62,326 bases of DNA from an uncultured Spongiibacteraceae bacterium (GTDB lineage Bacteria > Pseudomonadota > Gammaproteobacteria > Pseudomonadales > Dasaniaceae), in NCBI GenBank assembly GCA_964401565.1, contig CAYNZI010000001.1:1-62326 (forward strand), read 5' to 3'. The position numbers and the translations under genes are program-made. This document shows, one piece after another, positions 20,233-29,120 of the stretch. A model generated the notes under the pieces. It was not told the origin of the DNA. It was given only the letters and a program-made list of their open reading frames with translations, and ran no database searches. Numbering within the stretch: position 1 is the first letter of the stretch; each line of letters starts with the position of its first letter.

Positions 20233-21354
20233 GTGAAACGGATTTTACTCATTGTAATTCTTCTCGCCTTTCAAGCTGATTGCTATGCGCAATTTGGTGG
20301 TTTTGGTGGAGGGTCTGAAGGTGGCAGTTCTGAGTCGAGTGAATCTGATGCAGGATCTGAAAGTGAAGATCGTGTTGATACGTCCGAAGTTGTTCAGAAT
20401 TCCTTTACCGAGCCATGCACTAAATGGTGTGTTACTGGTGTTTGCTTCTGGTTGATATGCACCCCGTTTGGTTGTGAAGTGGAAACCAATTTGAGGGTTC
20501 GTCACGGCTACGCCAGTCTGGTTGTGAGTGTTTACAATGTTGCCGGTGAGCCTACCTGGGAAGATGCACCAATTCTTAATAGTGATGGTTCGTCTGAGTC
20601 CTCCATTCCGATTGAGGTGGCGGGCGGGCTCGATGCTGAAAGTTTCTCACCGATGGTCAAGCGATTAGACACGAATTTAAAGTTTAAAGAGGTTGGTGTT
20701 CACGGCAATCCATTGCCAACAATACTTTCTCAAGTTGATTATTTTTGTCCGTCAGGGACGACGATGTTCATGCCTTATTATTCTTCAGAGACGGATTCTC
20801 AGGCTTGGAGAAGCGGAATACCTGAAAGGTTTTATCCTTGGATCTATGTCCCTGGTCTTTATGAAATTGGCGATTGGCCCAAACATACATGGTCGCCTCT
20901 TTACCCGCGTTACGGATTCATCAATCAGAGAGATGATGCTCACGCCGCTGGAGTAGCAGCCGTGCGAGGTGTCGATATAGCCAGTGAGGGCTACTTGTCA
21001 CCACACTTGCACATTGAAATTGCGGAAGAAGAAGAGATTGATAGTTCTGTCGCTGCATTCCGTTACCCCAAAGAAAATCCTTGGCAGCGTATTTCACCAA
21101 ACCCATCTACTGAGTGTGAGGTTATGGGTGATGATAATTCCCGCGAGTGGAGCGGTGATGTTAGTAGCACCAAGGGCTTTAATGCTTGGAATTATTGGCA
21201 CATTTACGAGTGCTGTGTTCCCAATTCTGGGGCTTTGATTGGTTATGTGTCGTCGGGCTCTTGCTCTGGCGAGGACGGTAGCGACAGTTCTGGTGATAGC
21301 GGTGGCGGTAGTGGTGGTGACGATTCGGGCGGCGGTGTTGGTAGTGGCTTTTAG
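20233..21354 (+). CDS. TraU-like TIGR03756 protein with Gly/Ser-rich termini
   Basis: WCVTGVCFWLIC, PYYSSETD..WRSGIPE, YPRYG, YECC. Confidence 0.88.
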   Translation: MKRILLIVILLAFQADCYAQFGGFGGGSEGGSSESSESDAGSESEDRVDTSEVVQNSFTEPCTKWCVTGVCFWLICTPFGCEVETNLRVRHGYASLVVSVYNVAGEPTWEDAPILNSDGSSESSIPIEVAGGLDAESFSPMVKRLDTNLKFKEVGVHGNPLPTILSQVDYFCPSGTTMFMPYYSSETDSQAWRSGIPERFYPWIYVPGLYEIGDWPKHTWSPLYPRYGFINQRDDAHAAGVAAVRGVDIASEGYLSPHLHIEIAEEEEIDSSVAAFRYPKENPWQRISPNPSTECEVMGDDNSREWSGDVSSTKGFNAWNYWHIYECCVPNSGALIGYVSSGSCSGEDGSDSSGDSGGGSGGDDSGGGVGSGF

Positions 21355-21384
21355 GGCGGTTCAAGTAACTAAGGCGATTTAATA

Positions 21385-22707
21385 ATGAAGTTAAAAAAAG
21401 TATTAGTGCTAGGTGGTTTTGCGTTTTTGGTCGCTACCAGTCCGTCGTCTTTCTCGGCTGTTGACGAAATTATAGATGTTAATGAACATTCAGATCTCTA
21501 TTATTCTATCGGTGGCGCAAGTCCTGTGCCGCTGGCCCTCAATAACGATGTCGATTTTTTGGATCTTGGCTTGAGCGGTGAGGTGGGGCTTGGGTATTCG
21601 TGCGGAAAATTTGATCCGAAGGCATCATTGGCCAGTGCCTTTAACGGACTCGAAGACCTGGGCGATGATATCGAAATGGCCGCTACCGGCGCATTGATGG
21701 GTTTACCAATGTACTTCTTTCAGCGCTGGAATCCAGATGCTGCCAATCTGTTCAAAAATTACAAATTTGAATTAGAGGAATATATTAATATTGCCATTAA
21801 ATCTTGTCAGGATATCGAATCTGATTTGTCTGCTGGCGATGACCCTTATGGGGAGTGGGCGACTTACGGTAAAGGCGTGAAATGGGGGGAAGAGGTCGAA
21901 GCTAATGATGGTGATGTTTTGGCTGCGGAGGATGGAGTAAAACAAGGCAGCGCGGATGTCAGTTTTCCGTGGGGAGATGATAAGGCTGGTGGCCCTGGTG
22001 ATCCGTCGATCAAGATCAATACTGATGCTACTCGCTTTGGATACAATCAACTAACCGGACGGTCATTGTCGGCAACCGGAGCCCCCAGTTCATCCTCGCG
22101 AATAAAAAATGTTTTTCCTACTGTAGAAGATGCCGAGCAGTTTGTTGTAGATTTGGTCGGTGAAACAGAATTGTCTGGTACTGAAGATGGCCCGAGGCCT
22201 ACGGAGACACCTGCGAAAGGTATTCATTACCGTGTAGAGAAAGAGCGCGATGCTGTCTGGACAGATTTTCACAAGGCTGTGCAGGGAGACGAGTCTGCTA
22301 TTGCTCGCATCCAGAGTCCAGCGGTTCAAATTACGCCGGAGTTGTTGGAGTCCGTTAAGGCCTTGGGCTCTTCTGGTCGCAGCATTACGATTAATCGCCT
22401 TTCGAGCGATATAGCAGTGGCGAAGGTTATTGATCAGGCTTATGTTGCTTTGCGTCTTCTTCGCGCCGGTTCAAAAGAAACAACCGTTAAAAAAAGCCCA
22501 GCGCACAAAGAAGTTAGCCGTAGTGTTGATATGCTTTATGACGAAGTTGTGTGGCTTGAGCGCGAGATGAATGCGCGTAAGAATTTGGTGAGTACGGTAG
22601 CGAAAACTCTAATTTTGCGCAGAAAGCGAGAAATTGCTAACTCCCCTTTGCCATCTCAAAATGACAGAACGAATCGTCGCCCGTCAATGCCGCTGAATGG
22701 AGGCTGA
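21385..22707 (+). CDS. TIGR03755-family protein
   Basis: LYYSIGG, SCGKFD, IKSCQD, LVGE. Confidence 0.88.
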   Translation: MKLKKVLVLGGFAFLVATSPSSFSAVDEIIDVNEHSDLYYSIGGASPVPLALNNDVDFLDLGLSGEVGLGYSCGKFDPKASLASAFNGLEDLGDDIEMAATGALMGLPMYFFQRWNPDAANLFKNYKFELEEYINIAIKSCQDIESDLSAGDDPYGEWATYGKGVKWGEEVEANDGDVLAAEDGVKQGSADVSFPWGDDKAGGPGDPSIKINTDATRFGYNQLTGRSLSATGAPSSSSRIKNVFPTVEDAEQFVVDLVGETELSGTEDGPRPTETPAKGIHYRVEKERDAVWTDFHKAVQGDESAIARIQSPAVQITPELLESVKALGSSGRSITINRLSSDIAVAKVIDQAYVALRLLRAGSKETTVKKSPAHKEVSRSVDMLYDEVVWLEREMNARKNLVSTVAKTLILRRKREIANSPLPSQNDRTNRRPSMPLNGG

Positions 22708-22711
22708 TTTA

Positions 22712-23086
22712 ATGTCAGAGTCACAAGAAATATTAACCAAAGACAATTCTCGAATAAATAATGCCTCCAGAATATCAAAAATAGTCGTCAAGATCTTTGG
22801 TGTTATATTTGTATTCGCCATGATTGGCCTGCTATTGATTACTTTATACGGCACTGGGTTTGTGTCAGGTATTGATGATTTCTTTCAAAACACAAAGCTG
22901 TTCTGGATGTTCTTCCGTTTCACTTTGATTCTGTTGTTGGCGTTGTTCTGGGATTGGGTTGGGGATCTGTTAGGGTTGGTTCCGGCTCGGTGGCGTTCTA
23001 TAAAAATTGTGGCTATTGGATCAATTCTATTCGTTGATATATTTTTGATTTCTGGGGTGTTTGGCGCTCTGGTTAATTCATTTTAA
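22712..23086 (+). CDS. ICE inner-membrane protein
   Basis: Three TMs; between TIGR03755 and TraG. Confidence 0.65.
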   Translation: MSESQEILTKDNSRINNASRISKIVVKIFGVIFVFAMIGLLLITLYGTGFVSGIDDFFQNTKLFWMFFRFTLILLLALFWDWVGDLLGLVPARWRSIKIVAIGSILFVDIFLISGVFGALVNSF

Positions 23087-23099
23087 ATTGGTGGTGTAA

Positions 23100-24905
23100 A
23101 TGTTTTACGTTGCGTCCAATGTTGAAATCTACACCACCTTGTTTGGTTGGATTGTTTTTGAAATTATGTGGAAGGCTATGTCGGAGACCGGCTTGGTGTT
23201 CATACCATTTTTGGTGATGCTGTATCAAAATATGCACGATCCTTACGTTTCTCAGGATGTTAAGCCTGCGGCGATCACTTCTTTTAAACGCATGAAGTGG
23301 GATTTGATCGTTACGATGATTGTCCTTACCTTGTTCCTGGTACCGTCAAAACAATTGAAGGTTGAGTCAGTCAGGTATGTATCACCGCCTACATTTTCCA
23401 ATCAATCTTCAACAATAATTCAGGGTGATGCTAATAAGTTGGGGCATCCAAAGCTAAAAGATAAAGTATTAACGGGGGTTAATGTACCAATCGGGTGGTT
23501 GTTTGTGATGAGTATCGGCAACGGCTTTAACCAATATATACAAGGCGAGCTACCACACCCCGCTGATCTTCGTGGTGCCGCAATGCACCTGAGGACTGCG
23601 TACCTTGGGGACGAGGTATTAAACAATAGGGTCATGGAGTTTTCAAATGTGTGCCATATTCCAGCTGCTGCAAAATTTAGAAAAAACCGGCAGTCTCTGA
23701 AAGAATTAATTCGACAGAATGAAAGCACTTGGATGCTTCCGGTTAGCGCGCAAGACGACAATCATTCAGCCCTTAATTATGAGGCTTCCGATATTTCTTG
23801 GATGGGGTCTCGAATATTGTTGAATGTTAAAGGCCTTTATAAGGACTGCACTCCTACTTCAACCAGCTCCTGCCCTATCGGAACAGGTTTTTCAGTATTA
23901 AGAGGAAAGCAGGTTGTTTACTGTGATGAGCTTTGGAAGGGCAGTGTAGAAAAGGATATTAGCGGTATTAGGTCTGACATTATCGAGTATGCAAGAAATG
24001 ATAAATCAGGCGATGACTCGTTATCCTGGTGGGACAAGGGCGATTTGGCTCTCGGTGAGGTGTTTGGCGCTCAGTCGGTGGCCTGGAAAGAAGATATGTT
24101 GGTTCGTGAGATTATTGAGTCAAACGGCGAGAGTCGCACCGGCCTTGAAACGACTGATGCGGCCTACAACTCGAATATGTTTACTGATTCCCCAATCCTA
24201 GAGATGGGTGGCAATGTCATAAAGGCCTGGGACACCAGCGGGAAGCTCAAAGATATGTCGGTGCAAGTTAGCTTTATGGCGTACATGGGTCATCAGGGCT
24301 TGCCGATCATTAAGGCCTTGATATTGATGGCGCTGATCTGGTTCATTCCTCTGTTTTTTATGGTGGCGGGCTATCACAATGTTCCGAGATTGATGCAGTT
24401 GATACTGGCTATTTTTACCGTGCAGATGCTCACATTGTTTTGGAATCTGGGGTATTGGGTGGATCAGTCGCTGGCGTATTTGTTATATGGTGGAACATCA
24501 GGTGTTTGGGATTATGTGAAGGGTCATTTTACCGGCCCGCACCGGCTGCTGCTCGATGTGATCACCACGACATTTTATGGCGTTGTGCCCACCTTGTTTA
24601 TTTTGATGATGACATGGGCAGGAATGAAGATTGGGCAGCTGGGGCAGGTAACTCAAGGATCGGGTCAAGCGCTCGACAAGGTTGGTGCCGATGCTGCCAA
24701 AGACGGTCAATTGGGGGGAGCCATTGAGAGCGGGGTCAATAAGGGTGTTGATAAAGCGAAAGGTGCAGCATCGAAAGCCATTGCTGCGAAGAGCGGGGGA
24801 GCGGCGGGCGGCAATTCTGGATCTGTTGATAGTTATGGCGCAGCCAAATCAACGGAAGGCTCGAAGTATCCCAGCGGTTCACCGAAAGGAGGGGACTCTT
24901 GGTAG
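23100..24905 (+). CDS. traG: TraG_N-domain mating-pair stabilisation protein
   Basis: EIYTTLFGW, GLVFIPF, VPIGW, CDELW, FWNLGYWVD. Confidence 0.9.
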   Translation: MFYVASNVEIYTTLFGWIVFEIMWKAMSETGLVFIPFLVMLYQNMHDPYVSQDVKPAAITSFKRMKWDLIVTMIVLTLFLVPSKQLKVESVRYVSPPTFSNQSSTIIQGDANKLGHPKLKDKVLTGVNVPIGWLFVMSIGNGFNQYIQGELPHPADLRGAAMHLRTAYLGDEVLNNRVMEFSNVCHIPAAAKFRKNRQSLKELIRQNESTWMLPVSAQDDNHSALNYEASDISWMGSRILLNVKGLYKDCTPTSTSSCPIGTGFSVLRGKQVVYCDELWKGSVEKDISGIRSDIIEYARNDKSGDDSLSWWDKGDLALGEVFGAQSVAWKEDMLVREIIESNGESRTGLETTDAAYNSNMFTDSPILEMGGNVIKAWDTSGKLKDMSVQVSFMAYMGHQGLPIIKALILMALIWFIPLFFMVAGYHNVPRLMQLILAIFTVQMLTLFWNLGYWVDQSLAYLLYGGTSGVWDYVKGHFTGPHRLLLDVITTTFYGVVPTLFILMMTWAGMKIGQLGQVTQGSGQALDKVGADAAKDGQLGGAIESGVNKGVDKAKGAASKAIAAKSGGAAGGNSGSVDSYGAAKSTEGSKYPSGSPKGGDSW

Positions 24906-24908
24906 CTC

Positions 24909-24945
24909 GCGGGTGAACGCCCATCTTGCATGGGCATTTACCCTT
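24909..24945. repeat. Inverted pair of Rep iteron-like sequences
   Basis: gcgggtgaacgcccat and atgggcatttaccctt match the 54.1-kb iteron consensus gcgggtaaatgcccat. Confidence 0.75.
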
Positions 24946-24995
24946 GTTTGTCGCGAGCGATCCTTTGGCTCGGCTGGCGTGGTAGTGAGACAATA

Positions 24996-25032
24996 AAAAG
25001 CCGGATGACCTGTTGGGGTCATCCGGCTTTTT
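24996..25032. terminator. Bidirectional intrinsic terminator
   Basis: aaaaagccggatgacc-tgttgg-ggtcatccggcttttt between convergent genes. Confidence 0.88.
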
Positions 25033-25053
25033 GGGTTGTGGGGTTGGGTGTTG

Positions 25054-25278
25054 TTAGCTCCAGATGTTGGCGCTGCTGCCTTTGGCTGGGGTCATGCTGC
25101 GGTAGTCGCCAGCAAGTACAGGCTCTCCATCAAAACCAGTTTCGTGTGCAGGGCCGAAACCGCTGATCGGAGTGGCGTCCACGGCCTTGTTGCTGTTGGC
25201 ATGGGCGGCAGGAGTCAGGATGATAGAAACCAGTGCCCAGAAGAGGGTGCCTATAATGTTGTTGTTTCCGTTGTTCAT
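25054..25278 (-). CDS. Small exported/membrane protein, entry-exclusion candidate
   Basis: RBS aggaga, hydrophobic N-terminus ending AHA, convergent with traG. Confidence 0.55.
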   Translation of the reverse strand: MNNGNNNIIGTLFWALVSIILTPAAHANSNKAVDATPISGFGPAHETGFDGEPVLAGDYRSMTPAKGSSANIWS

Positions 25279-25308
25279 GTTCTTCTCCTGAGTTGTTTTC
25301 TAAGTCCG

Positions 25309-25337
25309 TGATCACAGACTAGACCTGCTTGTGATCA
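25309..25337. promoter_or_regulatory. TGATCAC-N15-GTGATCA operator-like site
   Basis: Same arms and spacing as 61168-61196. Confidence 0.6.
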
Positions 25338-25377
25338 TTTGCAAGAGGTGTTGTTAATATTTCACTAAAATAGTGGT

Positions 25378-25406
25378 TTGACAGTCGGAATAACAGGTAT
25401 TAGTAT
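25378..25406 (+). promoter_or_regulatory. Sigma70-like promoter
   Basis: TTGACA-17-TAGTAT. Confidence 0.65.
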
Positions 25407-25599
25407 TACGGGTGTAACTTCTATACCTTTTTATGTGCCCCAGGCGGTTAGGGTGCAAGCCAATAGGCTCCGTCGTTTTGTATCTATTTTATGCCTTATT
25501 CGGCATATCTCTTGTCTCATCAAGTCAATCCAGTTCTCTTTTTCGCGGCTAAGATCGTGAAATTGTGGCAACTATCATTTTAATTTTAAGGAAATAATC

Positions 25600-25785
25600 A
25601 TGGCTGATAAAGTCCAGTTGAGTATTGAGTTAGGTAATGCAGCATTTGAAGATGGCCCTGTTGAGTTTGAGGTTGCTAGAATCCTTCGGGATCTGGCGGA
25701 TAAGCTTGAAAGCAACGGTTTGGATGGCGAGTTTTCAGTGCGGGATATCAACGGTAATACGGTTGGTCAATTCACTACCTCTTAA
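25600..25785 (+). CDS. Small acidic protein of a phage-like family
   Basis: RBS aagga; NAAFE..EVARILR.LA..D.NGN.VG pattern. Confidence 0.75.
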   Translation: MADKVQLSIELGNAAFEDGPVEFEVARILRDLADKLESNGLDGEFSVRDINGNTVGQFTTS

Positions 25786-25994
25786 TTTTTGTAGCAATAA
25801 ACATTCTATTTGAGGTTGTGGCAACACTGATCTCCCTTCTCTAACCTATCAGGTACATTTACCCGTAGGGCATTTGTACCATCAAATCTATTTAGTTCTG
25901 TCGGGCACTTCTGATATCAATAATCAGGTGTTTGTGGCAACTATCAATTATTCGATCTGTTCCAATTTCAATATTACGTTAGAAGCGTAGCTTG

Positions 25995-26100
25995 GGCCCC
26001 ACTGGGGCCTCTTTTTAAAACCGCTTGGCGAGAGGCGTTTTTAAAAAGAGATTTCAACCGTCGATTTATCGACAACCTTTGATTCTTCGGAATCACCTTT
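25995..26100. repeat. Twin-hairpin module, copy 3
   Basis: ggcccc-act-ggggcc, ctctttttaaaa...ttttaaaaagag, gtcga-ttta-tcgac, gattc-ttcg-gaatc. Confidence 0.75.
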
Positions 26101-26107
26101 GTACCCA

Positions 26108-26170
26108 AAACTCAGAAGCCTTGGCTTTGGTGCAACAATCGAAAGATTGGGAGTTACTTTCAATAAAACT
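26108..26170 (+). repeat. Structured 5' leader repeat, copy 1
   Basis: About 63-nt near-identical to 26638-26700. Confidence 0.8.
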
Positions 26171-26183
26171 TTGGTGAATTGTT

Positions 26184-26618
26184 ATGACTAAATTTGATCT
26201 TGATCTTCTTATGTTAATTTCTCGTGCAATTCTTAATGCTCATTATGTTTTTTTGGGTATTAACGATTGGACTTGGGGTGATGGTGATGGTGGCCCTAAC
26301 GAGGAAATCAACTCTGTTGTTTTTTATTACGCTCTTGAGGCATCTCAAAGGCTTGGTCGTGAACTGAGTCCTCCGAACTTTTTGAATCAGGAGTTTTATT
26401 CACCATTAATTGGTGATTTTACGCTTGGTTCTAAGGTTGGATATGAAGAATATTTGTCAGATAAGGCTATAGATTTAGTCGAATCCCCTGAGTATATCGG
26501 CAAGCAGGAAGAGAGTCTTTTTGATGGCTCACTTCCTTTTATTGATGATGCTGATTATGAGGAGTTTTATACTTCTCTTGATGTCAACAATCCTTGCGAT
26601 GTAAGAGTTCCGTTTTGA
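26184..26618 (+). CDS. Strongly acidic hypothetical protein
   Basis: Asp/Glu-rich with few basic residues; RBS ggtga. Confidence 0.7.
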   Translation: MTKFDLDLLMLISRAILNAHYVFLGINDWTWGDGDGGPNEEINSVVFYYALEASQRLGRELSPPNFLNQEFYSPLIGDFTLGSKVGYEEYLSDKAIDLVESPEYIGKQEESLFDGSLPFIDDADYEEFYTSLDVNNPCDVRVPF

Positions 26619-26637
26619 TAAATATTTTTTGCATCAT

Positions 26638-26700
26638 AAACTCAAAAGCTTTGGCTTTGGTGCAACAGTCATAAGACTGGAGTTATTTTTAATTAAACCT
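26638..26700 (+). repeat. Structured 5' leader repeat, copy 2
   Basis: See 26108-26170. Confidence 0.8.
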
Positions 26701-26752
26701 GTCGGTCATGCTTTCCGTCAGGAGGCTGGCCGATAAATTTGAGGTCTATGCC

Positions 26753-27391
26753 ATGTCTGTATTAAATATGAAAGTGAAGTTTGCTGATAACGGTCTTTGT
26801 CGAGTTTATTACAATGATGATATCAAGGGACTTCTCTGCTACCAATCTTCGATTGGCAGCAGTTTTGAGCTTTATGAGTGTACTCAGGATGGCGAGCCAT
26901 CTCACTGCATTCCGTTTGAGAAATATCTCGAAGTGACTGAATACCCTCGCGGTGACAGTCGTGTTGAGAGTGATCTTCGAGATTGGTTGTTTAAGAAGAA
27001 TGTTATCCGATTGAACAAGCTCATTGCAGTCTATCACCGCACTTATGGGATGGGCTGCGAGGATGATATGTCTCTTAATGATCATACTCATTCGATAATT
27101 AGGCACTACCTCAAGCGTTTTGTGGAGTGTTATTTGATCAAGGTAAATCGTGATAAAGACGAGCGTGATAATCGCAAGTCAATATCGCAGAAGATTGTCC
27201 TGGGGGATGGGCAGCGCATATATAACTTTTGCGCTTGTTTCGTTGTTCCGGTGCATTCCGAAGATTTTGTTGACATGATCTATAAGCGTGAGGCTGCACC
27301 AGCTCACACCTACCTTCATAGCATGGCCTATTTAACCAGGATATCTGATTATGCTTCAGATCTTGGAGGTGAAAGCCTAACTTGGGTTTAG
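26753..27391 (+). CDS. Hypothetical protein
   Basis: RBS gagg; DNGLCRVYY..CTQDGEPSH N-terminal domain. Confidence 0.7.
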   Translation: MSVLNMKVKFADNGLCRVYYNDDIKGLLCYQSSIGSSFELYECTQDGEPSHCIPFEKYLEVTEYPRGDSRVESDLRDWLFKKNVIRLNKLIAVYHRTYGMGCEDDMSLNDHTHSIIRHYLKRFVECYLIKVNRDKDERDNRKSISQKIVLGDGQRIYNFCACFVVPVHSEDFVDMIYKREAAPAHTYLHSMAYLTRISDYASDLGGESLTWV

Positions 27392-27402
27392 GTATAAAGA
27401 GT

Positions 27403-27585
27403 GCCCCCTAGGGGGGCCTCTTTTTGAAACAGCTTTGCAATAGGCTGTTCCAAAAAGAGAGTTAACCCTGTCCTGCTTAACCCCCCTTGGGGGGTCTATT
27501 TTTAAGAGTCCTCGTTGAGGGCGTTTAAAAATAGAATTTGGACGCTGAATTATTCAGCACCTTACGCCCCCTGGGGCAACTTTTA
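27403..27585. repeat. Twin-hairpin modules, copies 4 and 5
   Basis: gccccc/gggggc + ctctttttg...caaaaagag; cccccc/gggggg + tctattttta...taaaaataga + gctgaat-t-attcagc acctt. Confidence 0.75.
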
Positions 27586-27709
27586 GTAGCTTAAGTCTAT
27601 GATCGAAAGATCTGCTACAACAGCAATTATGCTGAGACTGTATTTTACCCAGCTGGGGCAATTCCCAGTAGGGATATTGCCCCAACTTTTTTTGATTGGA
27701 GCAATGATT

Positions 27710-28486
27710 ATGTCTAAAGAGCTTTCAGCATTGAAAGACTGCCGCATCGAAGGGTGTGATTTGTACCTTCCTACTTATCAAGTTGATCAGTCGGTATTTC
27801 CAAAGCTCAAAAGAATTATTGAGGGCATTGGTGGTAAATGGGTCACTAAATCGCAGTCGTTTGCATTTAATGATAATCCTATTGATTTGTTCACTCGGGC
27901 ATGTACTGGCGAGTCAATAAATCTTGATCGGAGTTTTAAAAAGAAAACCAATTATTTTCCAACGCCGTTATCGGTTATTGAGAAGATGAATGAGTATTTT
28001 GATGTAAGTGCAGATATGCGAATACTTGAGCCAAGTGCTGGCGAGGGTGCTATTTGTGATTATCTTATGAAAGAGTATGGCGGTAAAAATTACTCCTTCA
28101 GTGTGGATGTGTGTGAAAAGCATGTTCCCTTTATGGCTGGATTGGCTAATAAAGGATATCGAGTTGTTGGCACTGATTTTATGGAGATGGTGAAGCCTGA
28201 TCGCGGATACCATTTGATTCTTGCAAATCCTCCTTTCAGTAAAAACCAAGATGTTATCCACTTTAAAAGAATGTACGAACTACTCGCCCCTGGCGGTCGA
28301 GTGATCTGCGTGATGTCTGCCAAGTGGCGGTCTGACAGTGATCCAATGCTCAAGAAATTTAGAGATGCGCTTGGCTACTGTTTTCATAGTGTGGAGTCTG
28401 TTCCAAAAGGTTCGTTTCGAGCGTCTGGTACAGAGATTGAAACCTGCATTTTGATTTTGGATAAGCCATTGGAAGATGATTATTAA
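27710..28486 (+). CDS. Orphan amino-DNA methyltransferase (N6-adenine type)
   Basis: YFPTP, LEPSAGEG (SAM binding), ANPPF (catalytic), F..SGT.I.T; no restriction enzyme adjacent. Confidence 0.9.
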   Translation: MSKELSALKDCRIEGCDLYLPTYQVDQSVFPKLKRIIEGIGGKWVTKSQSFAFNDNPIDLFTRACTGESINLDRSFKKKTNYFPTPLSVIEKMNEYFDVSADMRILEPSAGEGAICDYLMKEYGGKNYSFSVDVCEKHVPFMAGLANKGYRVVGTDFMEMVKPDRGYHLILANPPFSKNQDVIHFKRMYELLAPGGRVICVMSAKWRSDSDPMLKKFRDALGYCFHSVESVPKGSFRASGTEIETCILILDKPLEDDY

Positions 28487-28495
28487 ATGTTGTTT

Positions 28496-28560
28496 GCGGC
28501 CATTAGGTCGCTTACTGAATTAACTGCTAAAGCGGTTGATTCAGTAAGCGGATTTATCGC
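28496..28560. repeat. Twin-hairpin module, copy 6
   Basis: gcggcc-atta-ggtcgc then cgcttactgaattaactgct-aa-agcggttgattcagtaagcg. Confidence 0.7.
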
Positions 28561-28873
28561 TTAGAAATACACATAGGTTCGGCGGTTGAAAGATCGCGTG
28601 TATCGGCATTGCCGGAGCCACTTTCAATTTTGCTGCAATTATCTGTTGTATGAACTGACAGTAATTGCGGATTTCTACATTGATGCCCTGATGTTTATTG
28701 GTGCAATTTTCAACCGGCCCCCGAATAGGGGGCCACTGCTTCCCTCAGTCGATTATGGATGAAAGTGAATGTCGGTTGCGGCATTTATCTTGATCACGGA
28801 AGTGCGGCGAGAAAGGGTTAGTGAAAAATCCCGAAAGGGTTAAAACCAAGGCCCGAAAGGGGACGCTGCGCTT

Positions 28874-28929
28874 AAGGGTATAAAGGGTATAAAGGGAATA
28901 AAGGGAATGAAGGGAATGAAGGGGAAGGG
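28874..28929 (+). repeat. 9-bp purine-rich tandem repeat AAGGG(T/A)AT(A/G) x5 plus partials
   Basis: aagggtata aagggtata aagggaata aagggaatg aagggaatg aagggg aaggg. Confidence 0.9.
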
Positions 28930-29120
28930 AGCGGAAAGGATAATGGAACGGAAAGGTTAATGGAAAAGGCCCTATCCATTAAAAGAATATATGAAGGAAG
29001 TACCAAAGGGTTCAAAGGGTAAAAAATTGAAAGGGTTATACCCAACGGCATCTATTGGGTATGAAGCACACATATAGAAGGGGCGTGATAGTCTCTTCAC
29101 AAATAAAAAGGAATTGCCGC

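Noticed and set aside
24930-25166. ORF starting MGIYP
   Set aside because: Begins in the remote iteron and runs through the terminator and the antisense gene.
28680-28770. Hammerhead ribozyme (ctgatg...gaaa)
   Set aside because: Core reads CTGATGT rather than CTGATGA and the flanking stems do not form.
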